From positions 52,886,001 to 52,950,000 of the forward strand of contig CM059437.1 of the NCBI GenBank assembly GCA_030390025.1: a stretch of 64,000 nt of DNA, read 5' to 3'. Positions 13,713-26,329 of this stretch are shown here, one piece after another. Source of the DNA: Squalus acanthias (Eukaryota). The position numbers and the translations under genes are program-made. A model generated the notes under the pieces. The model was not told the origin of the DNA, did not search any database, and saw nothing but the letters and a program-made list of their open reading frames with translations. Each line of letters opens with the position of its first letter. The first letter of the stretch is position 1.

Positions 13713-16700
13713 GTGAGTATTTTCAAGCGTTTAATTACTGCAAAGGCGCCTTTGTGAAGAATATTTGGGTGATATTTCAAGTGAGTTAAAATTCACTATG
13801 TTTCAATAATTAATCAGAGTACACTTGAAGTAATATTTTGATGCCGTTTTATTTCAGATTCAAACGCGCAGGTTACGTTAACTCAACCGCTTTCGAAATC
13901 GACTTCTCTCGGGGGAACCGTCCAAATAAGTTGTACCTTGTCTGGTGCCAACTTAGGAAGCGACAACATATATTGGTACCAACAGAAATCTGGAAATGCT
14001 CCTCGATATCTGCTTTATCACTGGGCTGGAAGCAGCACCAACAGAGCCTCGGGTGTTCCAGGTCGGTTTTCTGGCTCGGCATCGGGCAACACGGCAACTT
14101 TAAGTATCAGTAAAGTTGAATCGGAGGACGCCGCGGACTATTACTGTGCTAAATGGAACAGCAACCTGTGCATCTTCGGTAAAGGGACCATGCTGAGTGT
14201 TGGCAGTGAGTAAAAACCTTTCTGCTGTATAGTTCTAAATTTGTTGCAGGTTAAGAGCAAAATACTGTAAGTCTGGTATTTTATTTCGAATCAATTTCAA
14301 CTTCCTTTTACAATGAAATTATCAAATCAATTTAAATGATACAGGGCTCCCCCGCTACCCAGTGTGGAACTGAGCCATCCAGTTCCATAAGGTTTTCAGG
14401 TCAATGAGTTTAGGGTGAAGTTTTGGTCTGCGCTGAGCTACTTTATCTCAGTTACAATGGCAACTGGTCTCAGACTCTTTGTGCCATAGAGCGGGAAAGT
14501 AAGTAAGGATTTCTAATCCTATCGCGCGATCGAGTGACCTCGCTGGATAACACACAGCCTGATGCTCCGTTAGTTATAAGATCGAGCTCAGTGGTTCTGT
14601 ATCCCGACCCCAATAAAAATACCTTGCCGAAACGCACTGTCCATTGGCACAAGTGAATGTTGACCACTTGGGCCAGGTATCTGAGAGGATGGGCGCCGTG
14701 GAAAATAGCACCACATGATTCCGCCCTTCAGAACAGGAGGAGCAATGGAAGGTCAAAAAACTGGTGTGGTAAATCTAGCCTCCAATGCGCTACGTTCTCA
14801 GCTCGCTATTAATAGTTTGGCTGGAACTATTGTTGCACTGACTATAACGTCACTGAATTACAACTACAGTTCAGTCGGAATTCTGATTTAAGCTGTGCGT
14901 AGGTGATGAATGGCAGTGCAGCGAATACAAGGAAGCACTTATTTATTGCGCATTTCCCAGTTGTGGCACACCCCAAGTCAAAGGCTTGCGTTAACAGGGC
15001 TACTCAAAAATAAGGCAGAAAAACTTACCTGCGTTCAGCAATCTCTGTTGAAGTGTATGCGGGTTTGTAATTACAATGGCGTATCACTCAATCCCTCGTC
15101 TTTTCTGTAATATCCGATAGGAAAACAAAACACGGACAAGTTTCAACTCAGCACAGTCTTGTAAAAATACCGTATGTGTGAACAGGAGATTAGCGGCGCT
15201 GTTAAATTATTTTTATTTTGCTTGAACTATTCACAGTATCAGATTGTCTTGTGCATAGAACATGCGTCCAAAAGACAGAAGGCTCCTGTTAGATTTTCTG
15301 TTGAAATCTGATCTTGTTGTTGGCTATTTCGATGCACAAGCCAGTAATCAGAGAAGTCAGAATGCGACTCAAAGATCGGTTTCGCTATATTAATAGTATT
15401 GAGCATATATATGCCAAATCAGGTACAGAAAGCGAAATAAAGAGAGGGTAAGAAAGATTAAATTAAGAGAGAGAGAGAGAGAGAGAAGATATAAGAAACT
15501 GAAAGAAAAAGTTTTTAAAAATTACATTTTTGTATTTTTAAAGTCTCCAACAATAATTAAAATCTGATGGAATGCAACTCCACCACTAGTAAATGTTAAT
15601 TTTCAGTGCCAGAGAGGTTGTTTGACAATAATTAAGACTTGCCACGCTGTTAAAATGCTCCTCACACTGGAATGGACAAGCCCTAACTTGTGGCGAGTTT
15701 AGTTCCTATCTATGAGGTAAGTACAACAACTTCACGCAGTTCAATGTATTTGAGTGGGGAGGCAGAGAGCGGGATGCTGTTTTCGGGAAGTTTTTGAAGG
15801 AGCTTCGCATCGCGAACAACAACTTGCGTATTTCCGCTAATTCCGCAGGTGCAGTCACAAGAAGTTGCTGTCCGATTTCCACGTAAATAACGGTGAGAGT
15901 GATTAGCCTCACCATTATTTCTACAGCAAAATCCGGGCCATTAAGTATTCGCTTTTTATGCTGCAACCAAACTCGCCCATTATCTTTTAGCGCCACCCCT
16001 TGCTTAGGAATAAATGTAAACATAAATACTCTATAGCAGCAGTGTGAGCGCGCATTGGGTAGATCTTGGCCTTGTACGATAGTGTAAAACGGCTCATAGG
16101 GAGCCGGCAGCCGATTTCACATCTCTCCCCATTTCTATTTCCATTCACTTCAATATGAAATGGGCTGCTCGTTTATCACCTGTTTTACACTATCGCACAA
16201 GGTCTACACCATTATCTCATATTACAAGCCGCACAACACCAAAGGAAACAAATTGATACAAACAATTAGTTTCATTTATTTAATGAGTTGCGTCCGAAAC
16301 GTCCCAGAGCGAGTTACCGATTTCCCACAGACAGCAATGTGGCGAATCACTGGTTAATCTGCTTTCACTCAACGAGGACTATCGGTCAGGATACCCTCCA
16401 ATATTACCACAGGCTATGGTATATCCACCGGACGAGGACCCCGGTTTAATTCCAATCCGAAGGATGTCACAGCGGCCCGAACAATCCTCCCTCGCTGGAA
16501 TGTCAGCCGAGATTGCGCGTTCAGCTCCCGGTGTGGCGTTTGAACCATCGGAACCCAGAAGCGAGAATCCCACTGAGTGGAACTACCTGACAAATTGCAC
16601 CTTCACTGTTCTAGGTTATGCAATATAAGTTCATCAGTAAATCCTGACTGCATAACTTGTTATAAAGCATATGAGCGTTTCATCACATCTTAACACATTA

Positions 16701-17254
16701 GAACTAATTTAATATAGGTTCAGTATTTCTAATTCAAAGTGTTGTCAGCAGAACAGCAACTCAGTGACGAGTCGCAGTAGCGATATAATGACCGTGTTAT
16801 AGTCAGCAATGTATCTACATCAAGGATGCATTTTTATAACATTCAGTGGTGGCAATACGAAGTATAAGGGAAATGTATTGTTATATTTTCTGTAAACTTG
16901 AACTGACGCAATGTGTTTTTTTACAAAACAGATCCGCAGGAACCATCGATCTCCGTCCTTCCGCCTTCATCGGATCAAATCGCAGCAAAGAACACGGCGA
17001 CCCTGGTGTGTTTGGTGAACGGTTTTAACCCGGGCGCTGTGGAGATTGAGTGGACTGTAGATGGCAGTGTCAGAGGGAATGGTGTTGAGACCAGTCGGAT
17101 CCAGCAGGAGACGGACAACACGTTCAGTGTGAGCAGTTATCTGACTCTGCCAGCCTCAGAGTGGAACTCACACGAGCTTTACTCCTGTGTGGTTAAACAC
17201 GAGACTCAGGCAAACCCGCTTCAAACAAGTATCGCGAGATCCAGCTGTACCTGA
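13664..17254 (+). CDS. IGL: Ig light chain, lambda/type II-like, germline-joined VJ, cluster 1; join(13664..13712,13858..14205,16932..17254), 239 aa, intact
   Basis: GT-AG phase-1 introns give one open frame: MSDWVHVVNVLILCVAYSNA-QVTLTQP...ISC...WYQQ...DYYCAKWNSNLCIFGKGTMLSVG-NPQEPSISVLPPSSDQ...ARSSCT*. C domain matches the shark lambda C pattern. Confidence 0.95.
13858..14205 (+). CDS. IGLV: IgL cluster 1 fused VJ exon
   Basis: tttcag acceptor; conserved Cys, WYQQ, DYYC running directly into FGKGT; donor GTGAGT at 14206; no RSS. Confidence 0.95.
14345..14765 (+). mobile_element. Old SINE-like element in J-C intron of cluster 1
   Basis: Patchy homology with 35805-36205 and 60520-60901. Confidence 0.5.
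15286..15939. mobile_element. MITE-like element with internal (GA)n in cluster 1 intron
   Basis: Imperfect TIR gattttctgttgaaat / atttctacagcaaaatc. Confidence 0.5.
16057..16210. mobile_element. Short palindromic MITE
   Basis: cgatagtgtaaaac ... gttttacactatcg inverted pair; related copies at ~37983-38168 and ~62581-62765. Confidence 0.6.
16932..17254 (+). CDS. IGLC: IgL cluster 1 constant exon
   Basis: acag acceptor; C1-set motifs TLVCLV, EW, YSCVVKH; penultimate Cys for H-L disulfide; TGA. Confidence 0.95.
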
Positions 17255-17563
17255 TTCGGAAACCGTACTTGACCCAGCTGAGAAAGTTTCTTTATCCCTA
17301 CTCATTTCTTTCACGTGACAAAAAGAGTAGAAAGTTATTGTATTTCGGAGGTTTAAGAAAAATAGCCATTGCATTTGTAACTTCGTCTTTTAAGACTTGT
17401 TAATTTTAAATACTCTTTCATCGAAAGATTGTCGTGTTAAATGAAACCTCAGTGTTAATTAATCTAGGTTATATGCGACGAATAATGTTAATTAAAAGGT
17501 AACAATATGATTATTGCATCCAAAGTATTTGCTTACTAATAATCTATTCTGCAACCACTATTC

Positions 17564-17569
17564 AATAAA
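17564..17569 (+). terminator. Poly(A) signal of IgL cluster 1
   Basis: AATAAA ~310 nt after stop, GT/T-rich tract downstream, same position in paralogues. Confidence 0.75.
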
Positions 17570-17774
17570 ATGATTCATCCAATCTCAAATGCAATACGGT
17601 TTTTCGTGTCTTTTATTTCTGCTGCAAAATAAGTCAAATCTATAATGTAAGGTTTTCGGTGTTATTAAAGCTCGTGTATTAAAGAGTGCGCAAAGTTATC
17701 TGAAAACAAAGCAGTGGGTGACTGATGTGTGGATACTGTGGTGCACACTGCATGCGCGAGCACACATGTGAATT

Positions 17775-20700
17775 GGATAGCACATTTAAAGTGGTGGTCA
17801 CACCGCAGGTAAAGAGTGCACAGGCAGACAGGAAATGGGTGACCGCCAGACAGAGTAAAAGAACTAGGAAGGTAGTGCAGGAGTCCCCTGGGTCCATCAC
17901 CCTCTCCGACAGATTTTCCGTTTTTGATACTGCTGGGGGAGATTGTTTCTCAGGGGAATGCAGCAAGAGCCAAGTCCGTGGCACTACTAGTGGCTCAGCC
18001 GCACAGGAGGGGAGGAAAAAGAGTGGGAGAGCAATAGTGATAAGGGATTCTATCGTAAGGGGAACAGTTAGACGTTTCTGTGGCCGCAGACGTGTTCCAG
18101 GATGGTATGTTGCCTCCCTGGTGCCAGGGTCAAGGATGTCACTGAACAGCTGCAGGGCATTCTGAAGGGGGAGGGCGAACAGTCAGAGGTCGTGGTTCAC
18201 ATTGGTACCAACGACATGGGTAGAAAGAGGGATGAGGTCCTGCAACAAGAATTTAGGGAGCTAGGTAGCAGATTAAAAAGCAGGGCCTCAAAGGTTGTAA
18301 TCTCTGGATTACTCCAGGTGCCACGTGCGAGTGAATATAGGAATAGGAGGGTAGGGCGGATGAATGCGTGGCTAAAGAGTTGGTGCATGATGGAGGGCTT
18401 TAGTTTTCTGGATCACTGGTTCTGCTTCTGGGGAAGGTGGGACCTGTGGAAGTCGGACGGGTTGTACCTGAACCAGAATGGGACCAACATCCTTGCGGGG
18501 AGGCTTGCTAGTACTGTTGGGGGGGGGGGGGGGGGGGTGGAGAGGGGGGTGTTTAAACTAACTTGGCAGGGGGATGGGATACGGAGTGGAGCTATAGTAG
18601 GGGGTGATGCACAGCCAAATATAGAGGAAAAAACAAGTCAGCCTGGAAGGCAGAGCAAATATGTAACGGCACAAGGGAGTATGACAAGGCTGGATGTCAT
18701 TTATTTTAATACAAGGAGTCTTGCGAGTAAGGCAGATGAATTGAAGGTGTTGATGAACACATGGGAGTATGATATTGTTGCTATCACAGAGACATGGTTG
18801 AGGGAGGGGCAGGACTGACAGCTCAATATTCCGGGGTATAGAATCTTCAGGCGAGACAGAGGTGGGTGTAAAAGAGGAGGGGGTGTCGCAATATTAATCA
18901 AGGAGTCAATTACTGCTGTAAGGAAGGATGATATCTTAGCAGGTTCCTCGAATGAGGCCATATGGGTAGAACTTAAAAACGAAAAGGGGGCAAGCACTTT
19001 GCTGGGAGTGTACTATAGGCCCCCAAACAGTCAGGGGGAGATAGAGGAACAGATTTGTACGCAAATCTCAGAGAAGTGTAGAAATAATAGGGTAATAATA
19101 GTAGGGGATTTCAACTTCCCCAATATTAACTGGGATAGTCAGAGTGTGAAAGGCTTAGAGGGTGCGGAATTCTTAAAGTGCATCCAGGAGAGCTTTTTGA
19201 GCCAGCATGTAGAAAGTCCTACAAGAGAGGGGGCGGTACTGGACCTAATTCTAGGGGATGTAGCCGGGCAAGTGGTAGAAGTATCAGTTGGAGAGCGTTT
19301 TGGTGACAGTGACCATAATTCGGTGAGATTTAAGGTAGTCATGGAAAAGGACAAAGATGGACCGGAAATAAAGGATCTAAATTGAGGGAAGGCCGATTTT
19401 AATATGATAAGGCAGGATCTGGCCAAAGTGGACTGGGATCAACTACTTGTAGGAAAATCCACATCAGAGCAGTGGGAGTCTTTCAGAAAGGAAGTAGAGA
19501 GAGTACAACGCCAACATGTTCCCATAAAGGTCAAGGGTGGGACCAACAAACCCAGGGAACCCTGGATGTCAAGGGATATACAAGAATGGATTAGGAAAAA
19601 AAGGGAGGCTTTTGGCAGATACAAAGGACTAAAAACAGTGGAAGCCCGAGAGGCGTATAGAAAGTGCAGGGGGGTACTTAACAAAGAAATTAGGAGAGCG
19701 AAGAGGGGGCATGAAAAAACACTGGCGGGCAAAATAAAGGAAAATCCCAAGGTGTTTTATAAATACATTAAGGGCAAGAGGATAACCAGGGAAGGAGTAG
19801 GGCCCATTAGGGACCAAAGTGGCAATCTGTGTGTAGAGCCGAAAGATGTAGGTGAGGTTTTAAATGAATATGTTGCATCTGTGTTCAATATGGAGAAGGA
19901 TGCTGTAGGCATAGAAATCAGGCAGGGGGATTGTGATATACTTGAACAAATTAATATTGAGAGGGAGGAGGTACTAGCGGTTTTAGCGGGCTTAAAAGTG
20001 GATAAATCCCCAGGCCCAGACGAGATGTATCCCAGGCTGCTGTGGGAGGGAAGGGAGGAGATTGCAGGGACTCTGACACAAATTTTCAGAACCTCTCTGG
20101 CCACAGGGGAGGTGCCAGAGGACTGGAGAATAGCTAATATAGTACCATTATTCAAAAAGGTTAGTAGGGATAAACCAGGGAATTACAGGCCAGTGAGCCT
20201 AACATCAGTGGTAGGGAAATTATTGGAAAAAATTCTGAGGGACAGAATTATTCTCCACTTGGAGAGGCAAGGATTAATCAAGGATAGTCAGCATGGCTTT
20301 GTCAGGGGGAGATCATGTCTAACCAATTTGATTGAATTTTTCGAGGGGGTGACTAGGTGTGTGGTTGAGGGTAGTGCCCTGGATGTAGTCTACATGGACT
20401 TCAGTGAGGCTTTTGACAAAGTCCCACATGGGAGACTGGTCAACAAAGTAAGAGCCCATGGGATCCAGGGCAATTTGGCACATTGGATCCAAAATTGGCT
20501 TAGTGGCAGGAGGCATCGGGTGATGGTCGAAGGTTGCTTTTGTGACTGGAAGCCTGTGTCCAGTGGTGTACCGCAGGGATTGGTGCTGGGTCCTTTGCTG
20601 TTTGTAGTGTACATTAATGATTTAGGTATGAATGTAGGAGGTATGATCAGTAAGTTCGCAGATAACACGAAAATTGGTGGAGTGGTAAATAGCGAGGAGG

Positions 20701-21625
20701 GAAGCCTCAGGCTACAGGACGACATAGACGGGTTGGTTAGATAGGCAGAACAGTGGCAAATGGAATTTAACCCTGAAAAGTGTGAGGTGATGCATTTTGG
20801 GAGGACTAACAAGGCACGGGATTACACAATGAATGGTAGGACTCTCGGAAGGACAGAGGATCAGAGGGACCTTGGTGTGCATGTACATAGATCCCTGAAG
20901 GCAGCAGAACAGGTAGATAAGGTGGTTAAGAAGACATATGGGATACTTGCCTTCATTAGCCGAGGCATAGAATATAAGAGCAGGGAGGTTATGATGGAGC
21001 TGTACAAAACGCTAGTTAGGCCACAGCTGGAATACTGTGTGCAGTTCTGGTCTATAGGAGGGATGTGCTTGCATTGGAGAGGGTGCAGAGGAGATTCACC
21101 AGGATGTTACCTGGGCTGGAGCGCTTCAGCTATGAAGAGAGACTGGACAGGCTGGGGTTGTTTTCCTTAGAGCAGAAAAGGCTGGGGTGGAGGGTGGGGG
21201 GGGGGGGGGGTGGGTGGTGGTGGGTAGGTGGGGGTGGGGGGGGGGATGGACCTGATTGAGGTGTACAAAATTATGAGAGGCATAGATAGGGTAGATAGAA
21301 AGGAACTTTTCCCCTTAGTAGAGTGGTCAATAACCAGGGGGCATAGTTTCAAGGTAAGGGGCAGGAGGTTTAGAGGGGATTTGAGGAAAAACCTATTCAT
21401 CCATAGGGTGGTTGGAATCTGGAACGCAATGCCTGAAAGGGTGGTAGAGGCAGGAACCCTCACAACATTCAAGAAGCATTTAGATGAGCACTTGAAACAC
21501 CATAGCATACAAGGTTACGGACCAAGTGCTGGAAAATGGGATTAGAATAGACAGGGCTTGATGGCCGGCGCGGACACGATGGGCCGAAGGGCCTCTTTCT
21601 GTGCTGTATAGCTCTATGACTCGAA
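17775..21625 (+). mobile_element. Long CR1 LINE: ORF1 esterase (SGNH-like) end, ORF2 APE endonuclease + RT, disrupted by stops
   Basis: CLPGARVKDV..VVHIGTND; AITETWL, YYRPP, GDFN, SDHN; NYRPVSLTS, GVPQG, FADNTK; stops ending 18818, 19385, 20744; ctctatga tail. Confidence 0.95.
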
Positions 21626-22349
21626 CATGGGCGATGACAAATTGGCAGCCCGTTTTACACTGCATCTCGGTTTTCTTTTCTCTTGAATTCTAGAAGAACC
21701 TCCTGATTTTCACTTCGACTGTACAGCGCTTTTCACGTAACATAGGCGCCACAGGGAAGGCAAGGAAAGAAATATTGGAGTAGAAGATAGTCCGGAGCTG
21801 TTTTGGGGCCTCCTAAGGCTTCATCTACATCTTCGAGGCGCTATGCCTCTCCTATCGCGCATCCACAGGCAGCTCATCCCACGAGAGAAATGAACTTCGC
21901 AGGTTCCCAGAGAGGCTTGGATTGGGCAACAGGGGTGGGGGCCGGCAGGCCGCCAGGACTCTGGAGTCAGGGGAAGCACTACTGCTCATCCCGGCTCCAC
22001 AGAAATTATATATATATTTTAAAATTGCCTTTAGTTGGCCGCGCATGGGCTGCTGACGCATCCTGAGTGGAGCACGTCAGACAACTGCCTTGCTCATCTG
22101 GAACAATGTTTTAAAAGGTGTCCTTCAACACGCGTTAGACATCTATTAACATATATAACGGCCTGTTAAAAAATGGTGCCAAAAAATTAGCAGTGCGACC
22201 AACGCCTGCGCAGATTGGGCCTAGACTGTCGATGCTAAATTGGTGTGCTCTGCGCCCCTTTTACGCATGAAAAACGGGAGCAATGTATGCCAATTTCTAC
22301 GAGGAGGATTTATGAATTATGAACCACGGTCACATTCACAGAGGATGTA

Positions 22350-24020
22350 ATTTGCTACTTTGATTAGGGCTGTTATATTGTTGTGGCAGGGGTGGAAACC
22401 TGATTGGAAAGATTGAAACCTGGAATTGCTGAAAAGATGGGCATGGATTCGGGAGGCAACAACATGTTCAAGGAATGTGGAGTGGAAAGGGAGGTTTGAG
22501 AGAGGGTGTTAGTTTGCAAGGACAGAAGGGTTACGGGTGTTTTTTTTAAGGACATGTAGGCTTCGCAAAATCCCCCAGAAACTCGAACAGAGCCCTAAAG
22601 TGAGTGATTTTTGGACTTTTCATACAAACTTGGGATGATGGGACCTCAGTGAAGTGATTGGATGTAAAAACCTAAAGATCAGAAGAAGAAAACCTGAGGA
22701 AACTGATTTTTTTGAATCTTATTGTTGGGAGAGACATTTTTTTCACAGACACAAGCTGCGAGGGGCGTGGCCGGTCAGTGAACAGATGAAGCTGTCTGGG
22801 AATTGTTTGAGACATAGCATAACTCACAAACACATTCAAATATGGATCCCCAGGGGCAAACAAGATGCTGGAAATCTAAAAACGATTCAATGACAATATA
22901 ACTTCGATCACACAGTTTCATAGCCATTATCCCATCAAAAAAAAACAATCAACCAGGTATCCAGAGAACAGATTTAAAAGCCCGCCAACAGAAGGACAAT
23001 AGGGTGAAGATTTTGCGCGTAGATAAGGCGGTGTTTAATCGGAAAGTGATTAACACTAAGCAAAAACCATCAGAACTGGCAAGCCCGCCAAAAACCAGAC
23101 AATTGGACTGAGCAAGGGTCATTTACAATCAAAAAGGAATTCGTTTTAGTAAGGGGTTTTTGGGCGCGAAAAAGAAACAGTATAATTTGAAAGCCTGTGC
23201 CATAATCTCTCTCTCTTTCTGACTGACTGGCGATGCGGACACAGCTCTCTCTCCCTGCTCCAGCAAAACTTACCACAAGCCACGAGGAAGAAGGCCAGAA
23301 GACCAGCACGCAAGAAGAAACCAGAGTGACTGCCGCAGTGGCCATCAGACACCTCGCAGCAACAAGGGCCTTACGGAGTCCTTTTAAACAAAAGACTCTA
23401 ATATCCTGTCAAGGAGTCGTTGGTGAGCATTATCTCTGATCTCCTGAAACCAAAAACCTAGCCAGATAGTGGGATCTTTGGGAGGGATAAGGTTTTGTTC
23501 GATATATTGTCATTTCCCTCGCTTGTACCGTGCGTTCCCCGAATCTGTGTTTAAGTAATAAGTGTGTTTCAAGTTTGTTACCTTTTTCTTTTAATAAAGT
23601 AAATTTCTTTCATCAGAACCTGTTTACTGCAATTTTGTTCACAACCCCTAAATAAGCCCAAAGTCTAGGAACCGGAGGGGTGTTGGAGCGATTCGAACCG
23701 CTCACTTAAGATACCCCTTATAGACAGGAGTGATGATAGTAGTTTTGAAAGGGAGGGTGTTAGTGCTTGAGGAGGGACAAGCATTTACAATCTTACCTAG
23801 CATGGGGCCAAGAAGTAAATTGGGGTTGTCACCAGTTTAGTAAGAATGTTACAAGGGAGGAGGATGTGGGTCTCATGGACAAGAGGACCTTGAGAAGGTA
23901 TATGGGGAAATAGGAGAGATACTAAAGAAACATATAGGTTGAGGGCTAGGACAGAGGGAAATGGGGTAGTAGTAGGGATGTTGTAAATCTTAGTGACCAA
24001 TAAATCCACAAGCTCCTCAT
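22350..24020 (-). mobile_element. Degenerate L2 fragment interrupted by a solo LTR
   Basis: Reverse complement resembles 2000-2550. Confidence 0.65.
22555..23722 (+). mobile_element. Solo LTR (1168 bp), TSD GACA
   Basis: TGTAGG...CTTATA termini flanked by GACA/GACA; internal AATAAA; homologous to 32089-33235. Confidence 0.85.
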
Positions 24021-24194
24021 ACTAGTCAAAATCAAGTAAATAAAGGAATATGTTTATTTCAAATAAATTGCAGAAACAATCCCTCCCAAATTACCAGTGC
24101 ATTGTTAGGGAATTGACGCCACTCCAAGCAGCATCATGATCACTACCCAGGTTTATTCCACTGCATGGGTATGCGCAACATGATTATTTTTATT

Positions 24195-24835
24195 AGTTCA
24201 TTGGATATGGGCAACGCTTGCAAGGCCAGCATTTATTGTCCATCCCTAATTGCCATTGAGAAGGTGGTGGTGAGCCGCCTTTTTGAACCGCTGCAGTCCC
24301 TGTGGTGAATGTACTCCCATAGTGCTGTTAGGGCGGGTGCTCCAGAATTTTGATCCCGCGATTATGAATGAGCGGCGATATATTTCCAAGTCAGGGTGAT
24401 GTGTGACTTGGAGGGGAAATTGGAGGGGATGGTGTTCCCATGCGCCTGCTTCCCTTGTCCTTCTAGGTGGTAGAGTTTGCAGGTTAGGCAGGTGCTGTCG
24501 CAGAAGCAATGGCGATTTGCTTCAGTGCATCTTTTAGATGGTACACACTGCAGCCACTGTGTGCCGATGGTGGAGGAAGTGAATGTGTAAGGAGGTGGAT
24601 GGGGTGCCAATCAAGCGGGCTGCTCCTGGGCGGTGTCGAGCTTCTTGAGTGTTGTTGGAGCTGCTTCATCCAGGCAAGTGGAAAGTATTTCCTCACACTC
24701 CTGACTTGTGCCTTGTATTTGATTGAAAGGCTTTGGGAGTCAGGAGGTGAGACATACGCAGCAGAATACCCAGCCTTTGACCTGCTCTTGTAGCCACAGT
24801 ATTTATGTGGAAGTTCCAGTTAAGTTTCTGGTCAA
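24195..24835 (-). mobile_element. LINE 3' end of HER1/HE1-type family
   Basis: Reverse complement of the caataaatgctggccttgc tail preceded by RFKKAAHHHLL. Confidence 0.65.
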
Positions 24836-24959
24836 TATATGACTGTTCCTTCAGTTGAGCTGGACATTGGAGCCTATTGATATCCCTTTATCGTTAAAGG
24901 AATAGCCTCTCAAATCAGAACAAATGGTAGCCGAACCGTTGTGCAAACATCAGACGAAT

Positions 24960-26328
24960 ACATCTCAGAGTCCAGATAAGGTGCATTCAATAATTATTAA
25001 GGAAATAAGGGAGGAAATTGCCGGTCTCTGGCACAAATCTTCCAGAAATCGCTGAATACTGGAGGAGTGCGTGCGGACGGGAGAAAAGCAGATGCTTTTT
25101 AAAAAGGTAGCAAAATTGCTCCAGGGAACTACAGACCAGTAAGTTTGACATCTATTTTGAGCAAAGTTATGGAATCCCCTATTAAAGAAAAGATCATGCA
25201 GCATCTGGATAGAAATAAAATCATAAAAGATAGCCAGTATGGGTTAGTGAAGGGAGGTTTTGTCAATCTGACTTTCTGGTTTTCTTTGCGGGTGTGCCAA
25301 AAGAATTTGATAGGGGTAAGGAAGCCTTTCTTACCAGGTTAGCCGTGAAAATAAAGAATGCAGTAATCAGTGGAAATATTTGACAATGGATAAGTAATTG
25401 GTAGACTCATAGAGTTCAGATGGTTGTGCTCCAGGGATTGTCATCAGCCTGGGATAGTTTCACCAGTGGGATCCTGTAGTGGTCTGTTTGGGACCTCTTT
25501 TGTTTAATATCGATATATATGAGCTGGGGCTAGGAGTCACAAGCGCAATGGCTAAATTTGTAGCTGATACAAAGCGAATGAAGGTGGCAGACTCCAAAGC
25601 TGAAGAGAATAACCAGCAGGAGAATTTGAATATACTTCGGAATTGGACAGACATGTACAAGATGAAATTCAATGTAAAGAAATGCAAAGAAGGGTAAAGA
25701 ATTCAGGAAGCGACTATTAGTTAAAAATCAAGAAATTAATGTGCATAGAAAATGAAGGAGAGCTGGGGGTCCTGATTGACAATCAGTTGAAGCTATCCCA
25801 ACAATGCTTGCTGGCAGTGCGTAAAGCAAATCAGATGCTGGGATGTATTAAAAGTTCAATATTCAGCCGAAATAGTATGATAAGCCTGCCACTTTAAAAA
25901 TGATACAACAACACTTAGAATACTGTGTACAGTTCTTCTCGCCACAGTACAAGAAATGACAGCTATTTGAGAGGATATAGAAGATGGCCACCGGAATGAT
26001 TGTGGAGATGGATAGATTGAATTATGAGCAGAAATTATGTAAATTGTGCATGTTCTCACTGGAAATGACAAGGTCGAGAGGCGATAGGATTGCTGATCTT
26101 AGGATTCTAAAGGGACTAGATCATGTAAACCATCACAAGCTATTTCAGCTTGTCCAGAGCAGTAGAACCAGAGGTCACAGCCTGCGCTTGAAGATGGTTA
26201 CATTAAAAACTAACTTGTGAAAACAATATTTCCATGAGTGAGTGTTCAATTTTACAACAGACTCCGTGGGGAGTTGATGGAAGCAGTTAGCATTGATTCA
26301 TTCTAATGTAAATTAGATAGATTTGTTG
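24960..26328 (+). mobile_element. Old CR1 RT/3' fragment (paralogue at 45620-46500)
   Basis: GNYRPVSLTS, LGPLLFNI, KFVADTK; near identity of 26020-26325 with 45915-46225. Confidence 0.75.
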
Positions 26329-26329
26329 C

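Noticed and set aside
14142-14148. Cryptic heptamer TACTGTG at the YYC motif as a V-replacement site
   Set aside because: Dictated by Tyr-Cys codons, mutated to TATTGTG in cluster 3, and no RSS-bearing donor V seen
19404-20744. 446-aa RT ORF (and other RT ORFs) as host genes or a retron/DGR-like system next to Ig genes
   Set aside because: Ordinary CR1 ORF2 pieces with stops, frameshifts and LINE tails; no template repeat of the V regions found
21183-21246. Poly-G tracts (also ~9205-9260, 13268-13279, 18519-18549) as functional G-quadruplexes or switch-like regions
   Set aside because: Short expansions inside decayed transposons, error-prone to sequence, not conserved among clusters
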